Assembly: GCF_000517525.1 (NCBI RefSeq)
Contig: NW_013665974.1
Span: forward strand, 239,503 to 290,856
Reading direction: 5' to 3'
Source: Limulus polyphemus
Lineage: Eukaryota
DNA length: 51,354 nt
Part shown: positions 11,606-23,879 of the stretch, piece by piece
Layout: the number at the start of each line of letters is the position of its first letter
Position numbering within the stretch: the stretch's first letter is position 1
The notes under the pieces: model-generated
Seen by the model: only the letters and a program-made list of their open reading frames with translations
Database searches by the model: none
Told to the model about the DNA's origin: nothing
Program-made: the position numbers and the translations under genes

Positions 11606-12664
11606 TGTCTAATTTCTGTTAGAAGTTCCAGAGAGGTTTGTAGAAAAATTAAGTATCAGAAACATTAGTGAGAAACAAAGTAGGCTATCTTGTATTTTTA
11701 TGGGATTAGGATAAAAAATATAGCTTTTTAACAGGCTTCAAATAAAAAGATAACACATATTCAAATGCAGGAAAAAAAATAGTTTCTGCATAATCACAAG
11801 AAATGTGGAGTTATAAGTAAATCATGACATTTGACTTTAATAACTTTCATAATTATTTGATACATCAAATAACAACTACATTGGAAGTATAAACCCTAAC
11901 TATACCTAAACTAAAACTCTGTTGAACTTGTACTTCATGAAAATATAAAACAAAATACTTGATTCAAACATAGAGAGAGCTGTGTATGATATTTAATAAT
12001 GCCTTCATTTGGTGTACTGCTTTCAGATATGGGATTTTATACACAACCCTTTATGGTTTCGGTTGTGCAAACTCTGAAATTAGAAGGTTACTGAGCATAG
12101 ATTATGACATATATAAATTAACAAATTAAAAAGAAAACGTGTTGAGATGAAAAACTTGGAATACGTTTTAACCTGCACAGTATGCTATACATTAAAAAAT
12201 GTGGTGCTTTTCTAATGTTAGAGATACTTATTTTTGGTGTTAACAATAAATGTCTGAATACAATAAAAATGTAAAGTCTCTTTAAATTAGTTTCATAATC
12301 ACATTATGATTTTAAAAATATATTAAGCATAGGATAAGAATAATAGGAAAAACTTTGACTTGCACTTGTATTACCAGAAGATAAAAAAATTGGTTCTGGT
12401 TAAGAGCCATAGAATAGTTATTTATAATAAGTAACACTGTAGAAATCACCCATGAAATGAGATCCTGCTCTCTATGTCATGCTTGGAATGTGGCACTCAA
12501 GTACAAACTTGTTACTTTAAAGTCATTGGAAGTGCAAGTGGTGAATGTCCATTAAAAGTATTTAAACTTGTAAAACAATTGAAACCAGCTTTTAATTAGA
12601 AACAGTCTTATGTTCTACTATTAATACTAATAAAAAACTAACTCTTAATTTGAGAGGTTCTTAC

Positions 12665-12876
12665 CTAGCAGTAGCTTCGAGAGACTGAGTAGTAATCTCA
12701 ATGGCCAGTTGCACTGACTTCTGCAGTGAATCCCTTGTTCTCTGATCCACAGGTTCTACACTTTGAATGTCCACACTAGTGATAACAAGGTTGTTTTGAG
12801 GAAAAGAAAACTGATTTCTAATTTTTTGGTTCTCATCCTGCCCAAAAACAGCTAGTCGAATTATTCTTACAGAGTT
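12665..12876 (-). CDS. MVP: MVP coding exon 11, 212 nt, phase 0 to 2. [70 protein letters not shown] + AG
   Basis: Acceptor tttccattcag|AACTCT, donor GCTAG|GTAAGA. Matches human '[81 protein letters not shown]'. No listed ORF covers it. Confidence 0.88.
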
Positions 12877-13743
12877 CTGAATGGAAATAACAACAGAAAC
12901 ACTAATGAAATAACATATAAAAAAGTTAATCCCTAAAGTTTTGAGGTATATGCTTTATACTAAGCAAATATAATGATGTAAGAGAAACTTCTAGTTTTAA
13001 TTACCAAATATTCCAAATCAATTTTCACATAATAACCCAAAACATTTTCTTCATCACCTAAACTACATGTATATATTAACAATTTCTTCAATATTTTTGC
13101 CAAGAAGAAGGAATTGTTCTTTTATTACACAATTAACAAGGTAAAAACAATTGCACATCTTCATATGTGGTGCTCAAAATATTCCTATACAAAGTTTCAT
13201 ATGATTGACCAGCAAGTTCTGAGACAAGAGAAGGAGAGAAAAATATTTCTTTCTATAAATAATGATACTAATATTTATTACATATGACTTTAACAGAGAA
13301 ATTTTAGTATAGATGTAAATTTCAAGTATAACATTCATAAAGTAATTATTTTAATTAGACTAGGCTGGAGAAATCGGATTCACAGAGGAACAACAATACT
13401 TAATGCTTGAGGTCACTCTTGTAAAGCAAAATACATTGTTAGAAAAGAAAATTAAATGCAACAAAATACTCACTACTAATAGAATCGAATCAAAAATATC
13501 ATTATTATCCTGCAAATTTTTTGCCTGAATGCACAGCTTCTGATAAACAACAATAGCTGTTTAAAGGTTTATTACCTAAAGAAAAGTCTGATAATGAAAA
13601 CAAGTGCTTGTCTTAAAAACATGATTCAATATTATTTTATAAATAACACACAAAACAAACTTGCTCCATGAACATTACTGACAGCTTCATGAAAAAAACA
13701 AAAACAAATTACATAACCTTTGTAAAATATAAAGGGATCTCAC

Positions 13744-13885
13744 CTTATGAAAATCATCAAAGCAGACACTAGCTACAGCTCCCCTAATCCGAGAAGCCAG
13801 AGCCTTACACAAGTCTCCCACAAAGTCTGGAACACTAAAGAGCTTGGTAGCTGACTCAGGGCTCTTATTACCAAACTCAAAATGC
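13744..13885 (-). CDS. MVP: MVP coding exon 10, 142 nt, phase 2 to 0. (W)[47 protein letters not shown]
   Basis: Acceptor ttatcttcag|G gives TG+G=Trp. Donor AAG|GTGAGA. Matches human '[48 protein letters not shown]'. Confidence 0.9.
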
Positions 13886-14699
13886 CTGAAGATAAAAGAC
13901 AAATAAAACTGCTTGGTACTTCATATATCTGAAGTCAAACTCTTGTAAGTGTTGAATGAACAGCCTACAAGTAACTTATGATAACAATGTGTATTACTTT
14001 AACTTACTAATTGAATAAATTTTTAAAAATATTTCATTGAAACTGTGATAAATTTTTAGTAGGTTTCAAATTTTTAAAATTTGCAGGTAGATTTCTTCAA
14101 GGATCTTGAACTTCTTTATGAAGTATAAGAAAATCTCTCATTATTTTGAAGTTTATGAATTCACAATAATATTATGCTTTTGTACATCAATCAATCAATA
14201 AATATATATATATGTGTGCTTGTATATATATACACAAGCATTTCAGATTAAATCATAGTGTTTATACCACCACAAAATTTGCCCACAAAAGAGTTGGAGG
14301 AATTGATTATTGTAAAATCCAGACTCTTTCACCAAAAACCAAAAATGCTAAGCTTGAGATGGCCTTCTTAAAACCCTGGTCACGAGTCCACTGAAGTGGT
14401 TAAACAACTAAGAACTTATTCAATGACTCCTATCCTAAGTGCTTACCCATGTAGTACATACTACATCCAAAATGCTTAAACTGCAAGAAATCATTTCAAA
14501 ACATATACCATAATGCTTCAAATAAACAATACCTTTCTCAGCCTCACCCATGGCTTTAAAATGCTTTGTTGTGTAATTTTGTAAGAAATGTATAAACTTA
14601 AAAATAAACTTTTCCTCTGTAAACTTGTGACAACATAGTGTCACGAGAATAAAATAATACTGAAAAAAGTAAAAATTACCATGTATATCAAATCCTTAC

Positions 14700-14897
14700 C
14701 AATTATATGCCAACTGCAGCTGAAGACGAGCATGGTCAGCTGTTTCAACAGTAATAATGTCAGTGCAAAAGTCTGGACCAAGCAATAGACAGAGAGAACG
14801 AATCACGTTAGGACGTTTAGGTTTCCCACCAGACAAGCTAAGTTGGGTAAACTGTTCATCAGGTCCTAGCATAACTAAGTCTGGTCCAAACACAACC
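14700..14897 (-). CDS. MVP: MVP coding exon 9, 198 nt, phase 2 to 2. (R)[65 protein letters not shown] + TG
   Basis: Acceptor acttgaag|G gives AG+G=Arg. Donor TG|GTAAGG. Matches human '[67 protein letters not shown]'. Confidence 0.9.
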
Positions 14898-15376
14898 CTT
14901 CAAGTACAAATTTAAATGGTATTAAAACATAAATAACTATAAAAATATATTCATGACACTTAGAAAACATATTGGATAAAAAAACAACAGACAAATCACA
15001 TAAAATACTTGGAGCAGACCTTTCTTGTTTCACATTTCAACCTAATATCTCAAGTGCTTTACTGATACAATTCTCCAGTTCACCCCTAAAGAAGGAAAGT
15101 TTTACTTTCCAAAAGCACTCAGATTATTAGGATTATCGTACAGTGTTAACAAAACAGCATTAAAAAATTAGAAATGAAAGCCAATGGAAAGAATTTAAAG
15201 TAACTTTATTATTTCAATATTATCACTTGTACAAAAAAAAGGACATATATTTTCATATTGAGAGGAATTAAAGAATACACTATATTTTTACTATTAGAAA
15301 AATATAACAGCATAGGCTTTCTAGGTCACAACAATATTACAATTCTATATTTATAATGATATTAATTACTGTTCAC

Positions 15377-15644
15377 CTTAGTTCAGGAGTGAAATTCTGC
15401 TGGTAACCACTGGTATTGAGTACTAGAACTTATTTTTTAAGGTGGTACTAGCACCGAGACTTATTGGAGCTGCTTTTTCGGAAACGCGTGCGTTCCGTTG
15501 TTCCATTAGAAAGAATTTATTCATTGACACTCAAATTGTCGTTTTTTATGTTTACACGTAGCTTTTTTTTCTTTTTCAAAACAGGTCCACTTCACCCAGC
15601 TGAGTACCTCTACTTTTTTTTTTAGAATTTCACCTCTGCCTTAG
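15377..15644. mobile_element. Candidate MITE-like element of about 268 bp with imperfect terminal inverted repeats of about 22 bp and an unusually CpG-containing core. Lies in MVP intron 8
   Basis: The left end 'cttagttcaggagtgaaattct' and the right end 'agaatttcacctctgccttag' are reverse complements at 17 of 22 positions. The interior 'cggaaacgcgtgcgttccgttg' is CpG-dense against an AT-rich background. Confidence 0.3.
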
Positions 15645-17282
15645 TTTAATCCTAGACTATGACCTTAGTCCATCTTTGCTTGTCATATCCATTTGTGGAC
15701 AAAAGTAATATTAAAGCCACAAAAAAATTTAGAATTTGAGTTTTAAATTAAAACCAAACCATTAAAGTTTCCATTTAAAGTGGCTGGTTTCTATATTTGT
15801 CAAGATGTCAATCAAAATACAAGGATGTTTTGTTTGTTCTGTTAAGCAAAAAGCTATTCATTGTGGTAATTGTACTGTGCACCCCATGAGTATCAAAACA
15901 CAATTTCTAGTATTATAAGCCCACTGACTTATTGCTGAGTCACTAGAGAGCAACAGGGTGCTAGTTATTTATAACCTCAAAATTAAAATCCTTTCAACCT
16001 TCAACAACATGAATGAGAACATCAGATTTGCATATTTCTTGCCAAGATAATCCACTTTAAAATAAACAGTATATCTGATAACAGATGCAAACAACTATTT
16101 CTAATAACAATACTTTATTCTAAGAAGAAACTTACAAGAAAATTAAATTGAATTGTTAGAAATTAAGATATACTAAAAAATGTACTACAGTATTTAGAGT
16201 TGTTGTTTAGTAATAAATATGAAATTGTCATAATTAAAAAAACAGTCAAATTTTGAATTTTTATTCATATGAAGACTCATTTTAAAGCATAAATCAAACC
16301 AGACCTACTAATAACAAAAATCAGTTTTTAGATGCACAAATTTGACATACTTTAAAATATTTAGACACTAAACAGATTTCAAGGAGAATAATTGTTGACA
16401 CATTTTAATCATTTAGTGTTTAAAATTTTAAGAAAATTCTTTAAGCTTTTATAAGTGCAAAAAGTACATAATAAATTATCCAAATTTTTCATGAAATTTG
16501 TATGTCTAAGATACAGCATTTAATACATATATCAGTTAAAATACAACATTAGGCACATTACAACCAAATCAAAAATTTGTTAGAATTTTATGCATGAATA
16601 TATATAGTAAAACAAACCTATATTATGTAAGACAAAACAATCCAAGTTACAAAAGAGAGCTCTATATATGGTTAGTCGGAATAGTTTTCAATCAAATCAA
16701 ATAACATTTACATAAACATAAGGGCCCAAAATATTACTCTTGACAATATCCATACCAAGACTAACTGTGTACTGCAGTTTTGGGATATATCATCATTCTG
16801 TTTAGTCAATGATGGATAATGAATATCCAAAATGAGTTTTCATGTTTTTAGGCACAAACTTTGGCTAAATCTAGCTGAAGAGCTATGCAGCTTTAAAAAC
16901 ACTTTTATTATGAAAACAAATTACAAAAATGAAAGTGTGAACAAAATTTACATTATATACTTCCAGTTGCTTGAAATATGCAAAACCATAAAAACAAACT
17001 GCAAAGATCAAGTTCACTTTATTGTTTATTTATTACTATTATAATTTATATCATATTTGTCTATGCTTATCCCATAACAGAAATATACAAAGTTTCTAGT
17101 GGAAAACACACTTAAATTAATTACAAGTTTATTTTCACAGAAGAAAAAACAATAAAAACAAAACTTTAATGGACAAATCAGTACCAGCTATTAATATTCC
17201 TACAGAAAAAGGTAGTAGATACTATATAAACATTAAAGCTTTGACAGTAATAATTTTGTTATAAATGTTTTTAAAACCTTAC

Positions 17283-17542
17283 CTAGCCTTTTTTTCTTTG
17301 TAATCATATACTTGAACAGCAGCATTGTGAGGTACCCTAAGTGTTACTACCCTGGTCTTTTCACGAGCTTGAGAAATTGGTTGTGCTAAGCCAACAGCTG
17401 TGGATCGCTTGTTCCAGTCACCTCTGTCAGCTAAAGGGTCCTTGTAGCCTGACAGAAGATCCTCAACTACAGAAGGCAGCTCTTTAGGCCACAACTCTTC
17501 ATCTTGATTTAACATGTATGTCTCTCCACATACTGCTCTTAC
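17283..17542 (-). CDS. MVP: MVP coding exon 8, 260 nt, phase 0 to 2. [86 protein letters not shown] + AG
   Basis: Acceptor cctctgaag|GTAAGA, donor GCTAG|GTAAGG. Matches human '[41 protein letters not shown]...[24 protein letters not shown]'. Confidence 0.9.
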
Positions 17543-18015
17543 CTTCAGAGGAAGATAACAAAATTAAGATATTTGGTATATTACTAACACCTAATTATTT
17601 ATGTGGTATGACATTTATGTTGACACCAGTTTATAAAAAAATTTCACGCTACCCCAATCTTTGCAAAAACAAAATATAAAATTTAAAGAAAAAGATCTTC
17701 CCAGAAAAAAACACAAATAAAAATAACTACATTATGGAAAAACCATAACTCTTAGCATTTCTCTAAAATAAAGGTACAAAAAATATAGATAAACTAGGTA
17801 TGTTATAGCTATCATGAATTAAAATTATGCCATTTTGTCAGACCAACATGAGTTTTGTTGGGAACATTCACTTTCTTAGTAAAGGATCTTCATTTTCATT
17901 GAAATAAAATATATATATAATAAATTTCTGTAAATAGATCAAGAGAAAATAACTTGAAATATACATCAGGTAAAGACAAATTAAATTTAATATGAAATAA
18001 TAAAGATAGCCATAC

Positions 18016-18165
18016 TCGTCCAGTTTTGATGTTTCTAACATAGATTCCTTCGTTCTCATCAAGGGGAATGGAATATCGCTTGATAATAGCTTCTACTTCG
18101 GTTGGTGGAATGTACTCAACAGGGCCACGGATCATCCATTTGTCACCAGGGTTTCTCTTAACAGC
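18016..18165 (-). CDS. MVP: MVP coding exon 7, 150 nt, phase 0. [50 protein letters not shown]
   Basis: Acceptor ttattattttcctcag|GCTGTT, donor CGA|GTATGG. Matches human '[48 protein letters not shown]'. Confidence 0.9.
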
Positions 18166-20809
18166 CTGAGGAAAATAATAATGTGAAATTAAGCCAATAA
18201 TTTCAATATAAAAATCAAGATCATGCAAGAACCTCTATCTCTTAAATTAGAGCAAGTTATTAGTAAATTTATCATTACATTATACACAGATTATTATTTC
18301 AACTTTTTTCCTATTTTTTGAAGAATTTGTTTCCTTCACTCATAAAAGCAGTTTCTGAAAGCTCTCAAACTAAATTCATCCTGGAGAAATGTTTTAACTA
18401 TATTGTAATAACGATGCAACCAATTTTATTTTTTGCTTTTATTTTCCATATATTTTAGTATTTAAAACAAAGGCTTTATTATATCTTCTTTGAGTTATAA
18501 TTAAAATTAAAGAACAATTCTAAGTATATAAACACGTTTCCAACCACTTAAAATTATTAAATCTACTATGTTTTTGTACTTGAAATATGCATTAAAGCCC
18601 GATGAAATGTTCGTTTGATAAAAAAATGGCATAAAATGAAATATATTAATCAAATATTCTTGAGGGTGGAAGCATATTATGCTAACAGAATAGTAAACTG
18701 ATACACAATGATTTACTATTAATCAAATATTCTTCTTTTAACCCTGTACATGTTGCTTTTTTCATGCCTTGTTCCTAACCATTCCTGTGGTCTTTGCCTA
18801 CAAAGTTTAAAGGCCCTGACCTTTTTTGTTGCAATTCAGTTGAAACATGGCAATTTACAAGTTCATATAGGTATCAAAAATTGCCATTTTATGAGAAAGT
18901 TAAATTACAAGACTTGTCAAGGCAAAGTTCTAAATATATGCTAAGTGAGAAAGTTATGTTGGGCTATCTGCAGTGTTTACCGATGATAATGAAATTCCAG
19001 ATTTTAGCATAAACTTACTGCTGTCCCATTGGGGGACATAAAGAAAGGGATACCTATAGTATTGAATCATATTGGTAATGCAAAGGAAGGCTTGATTCCA
19101 TCAGAGAAAAACAGGATACCCTACAATAGGCTAACATTTAAACATCAGTGATAGTGAAGAAAAGTTTAAACAGCTTGTCACCAGAAGCAACCCTAGAAGC
19201 CCATCAGAAGCCCTAGAAGTAAGCCCATCACAGTTGAAATAGAAACCTATGTGGCAAAAGTGTAAACAAAATAATTCACACAGCACTGCCATACAAAGCA
19301 ATTCTGGAGTGGTCAGGCCATTGCCACATTGCCATTTCTAAGGGAGTATGGAGGCATTCCCTCCCAGGAAATTTTAGAAAATTTAATGCTTTGAGATTGA
19401 ATCTTGAGCCATTTTGACTACAAATACTGTATACACACAACGTAATGTAGTTAATTAAAAGAAGCAAGTTTTAATACGCAAGTTGTAGATATACATGCCA
19501 CAAAAAAGTGGTCAGGCCAAGGCCTGACTGGCCTTACCACTTCCTATGGCCCTGCACAGATTTAGGTCTACAAAGTACCATAAGATCCATGTTCACATGC
19601 TTCTCCCAAAACATACAGATGAACAGAAGACTGTTGAAAACTGTACAAGTAGTGTTTAATATAGCAAATGAAATTATGTCATCATACAATATTTTCTTAA
19701 GTGTCATTGATCTAAAAAAGTCCAAACAATTTATTATTATTCTACCAGTGATAGAACACTTAAAACATGGTACAGAACATGTCATGAAAGTTTTCCATAA
19801 GATTTACTGCAGTAGGCAACATCTATAATAGTAAACTAAATATCAGGAGAGTTGATAAATATGCTAAGATGAACTCTGTGTACTATCAGGACAGTATGCT
19901 ACCACCACTTGACAACAATAAGGTATGTCTCCATTAAGAAAAACATTCAGTCATCAGCTACAGCTCCAAGTCAAGGTGCTAGTTCCTTCACAAGATGCCA
20001 GTATAAATGGAAATTTATGCTATACATTCACATTAAGCATATCCCATGAATTTTTGTGTTTTCAACTTTCTCAAATGGGCACTCATAAGTCAGCTTCAGC
20101 GCACAGTTGATGGAGTTTGCAAATAATTTAAAGAGATGGTGACATTAATCTCAATGTAATGTGCAAAAGACTTTTGCAGTAGAAATTGCATTACAGAGGA
20201 ATAGTCCATAACAATGGTAAACGCATAGAGACCATAAATAATGGAACAAGGGGCGGTAAAGCATAGACACTCATCCTTATAGATTGCTATCATAGACTGT
20301 GAGAACCACTCTTGATTACTGAGATAACTTATCAAATCATATCTATCAGATATTATATGTGATGGGGCAAAATATATATCTAACAAAGAAAATTAAAAGT
20401 CTTGTGTGTTAGAGTCTGTGCTTTTTTAAGCAACCTGAAAGACTACTATTAATGTTTATGTGGATCATGATTTCTAATTATGAAACATTTAAGTTGCTAA
20501 GTTTGACAGCTGATTGTAAAAAACTTTTAAGTGTTACTAACTCAGTATAATTATTTCAATGGCACAAGGAATGAATGAAATAATTCCATATGAGTTTGCC
20601 ATCTAAGTGCTACATAGCAGAGTTATGTGAAGTAAGTCTAACAAAAATTAAACTAAATGTTTATCAACTAAAGTTTTGGAGCCATCTTTTGACAAGTCAT
20701 TCAGAAACTTATCGTTAAACATATAATAATAACTATAAAATTAAAATGTGCATATATTTTTTCTATAATATGAATAACTGATCTTATAAAATGGTATAAA
20801 GAAAGTTAC

Positions 20810-20941
20810 TGGTTGAATGGTGTCATCTAAAAAAGACTCCCTTGCTCTCAGGATTAGTCCTTCATCTTCTCCCATGACATTTATATCTTGAATACCATTT
20901 TCTAGCTTTTCATTTGGCATCAGAAAGAAAGATATTTCACC
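20810..20941 (-). CDS. MVP: MVP coding exon 6, 132 nt, phase 0. [44 protein letters not shown]
   Basis: Acceptor ctcttctag|GGTGAA, donor CCA|GTAACT. Matches human '[46 protein letters not shown]'. Not present as a listed ORF. Intron 5 is only 212 nt. Confidence 0.85.
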
Positions 20942-21153
20942 CTAGAAGAGCAGAATCAAATTACAAAAAAATAAATATCTTACGTATAACTTCAAAGTAA
21001 TGTTTTAATCAACTCCTAACATTCAAACATAAGGTGAAAATAACAGTTAAACTCACTCTGAATAATTTCTTTCTTGTCTATTGTAAAAAAGACCATTCAA
21101 ATTAGGTGCTATTAATACTTTTACATTTATTCACTTACAAAAAGCAAATGTAC

Positions 21154-21390
21154 CTTAACCAACTTTTTTTGACCAAGTTGTGGCTTCCCATCTTCACCAA
21201 CAGGATCAAGTATGACACAATACTGGCGATTAGACAATGTTGTAATTGGCACAACCCCAACTACTTGTTCATAAACCCCTGGAATGTAAGTTTCTGTGTC
21301 TGACATCTTAACCAACCACTCTTCTCCATTCTTCCTTGTTACGCCTAGGTCATCCTGGAAAGTTCTGGTTGCTCTCACATGTACTGCTTC
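21154..21390 (-). CDS. MVP: MVP coding exon 5, 237 nt, phase 0. [79 protein letters not shown]
   Basis: Acceptor ttttattccag|GAAGCA, donor AAG|GTACAT. Matches human '[79 protein letters not shown]'. Confidence 0.9.
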
Positions 21391-22479
21391 CTGGAATAAA
21401 ATAGTTCAATACACAAACTTTTATCAAGTAACAAAAACTGCCATGTATTATGTGTATAAAGGTTTCATTTAAATATCATTTTCCTCATTATGGTTGTCAG
21501 AATTTAAAAATATAGATTTTTCTTTTTGCCAGTTGTCCAAAATAAAAGGCTTTTACTATTTCTTAATAGTATACATATATACTATGCTGTTGTTGTCCTT
21601 AGGATTTTTCTACAGTAGGTGTCTGTGCGTTGTTAGCGATAAATCCACAGATGAATAAACAGCATGCACTTCACTTGTTTTCAAAATAATATATATATTC
21701 AGAACAAGTTAACGTATGTACAATAAATTCTTCAACACTATAGATATTATGGACATATCATAAATACTATATATGTAGTTCTCTCCTTCTTGACAAATAT
21801 TTACTTAGGCCTATTCAATTACTTTAGAATTTCAGTTCACAAGCTGAACTATCTTCTCAATTTCTATCGCACTAGTATTCTCTGTGATTTAATTACAATT
21901 GTGGCGAGAGTTACCATAATCGTTTGGTATTCTTTCTTCTGAAGATCCTCTGTTCCTTATGTCAAAGTGCACTCAGGCTGATTCAATTACTTTAGAACCA
22001 CACTTTGACAGAATAAAATTATTTTTCTTATCTTCTTTTCTACTGTTAATTTCACTAACATATTAAATGTTAGGCCTATCACTTCTATAGTTGTTAACTT
22101 CATGCCAACTTTATTCTCTTTTGCTATTATCTGTCTGCTGTTCCCACTCATCTCACTTTATCACTTAATCGTCTGTCCACCTTCTATAATATCGACATCT
22201 ATGTATTGCATGTGACGTTTGATATTCTCAACATCAATGAATTATTAACAAAACTTTCTTCAATCGTCTACTTTTAACTCTTATTATAACAAAACTAAAC
22301 AATAATGAAATATTCACTCACAAAAATAAATTAATCACTAATATATAAACTAAACAGTCTTTTATGTCATGACAATGGTATTCTTGTCTAAATGTTAAGA
22401 AATAATAGAAAAAATTCTAAAGAATATCCAACTATTGTGGAGTACCCTACATCTGTTTCCAAAAAACCATAACAACACA

Positions 22480-22990
22480 TTCAACTTTTTATTTGTTGTT
22501 GGAACCAAGAGAAGTTAACTCTCTCACTACAGGCTCAGTCAATTTGACCTAGTCTATGACCCCAAAGTGATTGTCAGAGTTTTCATACTATAACTTTTAA
22601 CATATTTTGTATATTTTCAATAAATTTGGCAAACTTTCAGTAAAAGTTATAAGTCTTTTGTTTAAAAAAAATCAGACTTTTTAATTAAGTATTTTTACTA
22701 AACATTTGTCTGTGAATATATGTAGTCAGAGTGTTAATTGCTCAAAGTGCAAAGTGATTTTCATGTTAAGATTAAAAATACTCTTTTTTATCTGAAACTA
22801 CCAAATTTCTTTAGTGTAATCTCTGAAACCTCCTAAATAAATATCAAGTGTTTTTCAGAAAAAGTTTATATCTTATCTGTTATTTTCTCTACCCTAACTG
22901 TTTATGGGTTTGATCAATTCAACCAACCTTGTAACCATCATAAAAAATTAGGAAATAAATCTAAATTACCCATTTTTCTTTCTAGAATGA
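22480..22990 (-). repeat. R1 partial copy, inverted, in MVP intron 4
   Basis: Reverse complement of 22540..22990 aligns to 8340..8820, including 'tcatgttaagattaaaaatactc' and the 'tgaccaagctcatgagg' / 'ggctcagtcaatttgacc' blocks. Confidence 0.7.
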
Positions 22991-23879
22991 CTGCAAATTG
23001 GAACTGGATACAACAACTGTTTATCCTAAATAGCTTAAAAGCTCATACCAGTACACACCCACTTATACTTAATTTTATTGTTTTGTTGCCCTTTGACCCA
23101 TTTTTAACTAAGAGTCCTTCCATGCAAGTTGTAAATCACTCAGCAAATGCATAGCTCACGTTACTGTAGTGAACTGCAAAGAGCATGTGCTGCTCAAGAG
23201 CATACCATGTGAAAAACATTTTTTGTAATTATCTTACCTGATCTAACCTAATAAGTTTCTACTTTTTACATTTTAGTTACTTTTAAAATAAAAAATAAAG
23301 AATATACATGAAAAATAATAAATATACATTCAATTCTACACTTTACAGAGAGGTGGTAAATAAATTAGAGAAAAGGGAAAAACCTCTTCAAATTTAAATA
23401 ATATTAATATCTGATTCATTAACTATAGTATGATGCCAAATTTATTTGTATACAATAATAATGACGTAGCTTAATTATATTTGATTGTAACTTTCTACAA
23501 GGTGAACAAAACATCCTTAGCATTCTGTTCTACAATAAGAAGCACAAACTCAAGTATTTGTTATGTATGATCTTATTGTGCCTGCTGGAGCTCAATGCTA
23601 TAAAAGACACTTAGACAGAAAACAATTTGAGCCCATTCACACCAGATGATAAATGGAAGGATAAAAGACCATATCAATGGTAAAAAACATATGCAATTGA
23701 TCTTTTGGAGAATATATATATCGAGCAGTAAAAATACTAAGTGGAATAGACATGAGCAGGTCTCACAAAATAAATGGTGATGAATACTTTAACCTGATTA
23801 GGTTGACTGAGACCCAGTTTGATGACCTGTAATCCAGGAATCAATCTTCAAGGAAAACCCAAGTAAGTTTTGTGCAAAC

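Noticed and set aside
17896-18228. Using the listed ORF ends as exon ends
   Set aside because: ORF limits are set by stop codons and alternative-start heuristics. The real exon is 18016..18165, bounded by cctcag| and |gtatgg. Other MVP-containing ORFs were corrected in the same way.
19508-20386. ORFs of 106 aa (+) and 96 aa (−) in intron 6
   Set aside because: No recognisable domains and no splice signals. The 19700..19800 part is low-complexity AT-rich. ORFs of 60 to 110 codons are expected by chance under a permissive start-codon rule.
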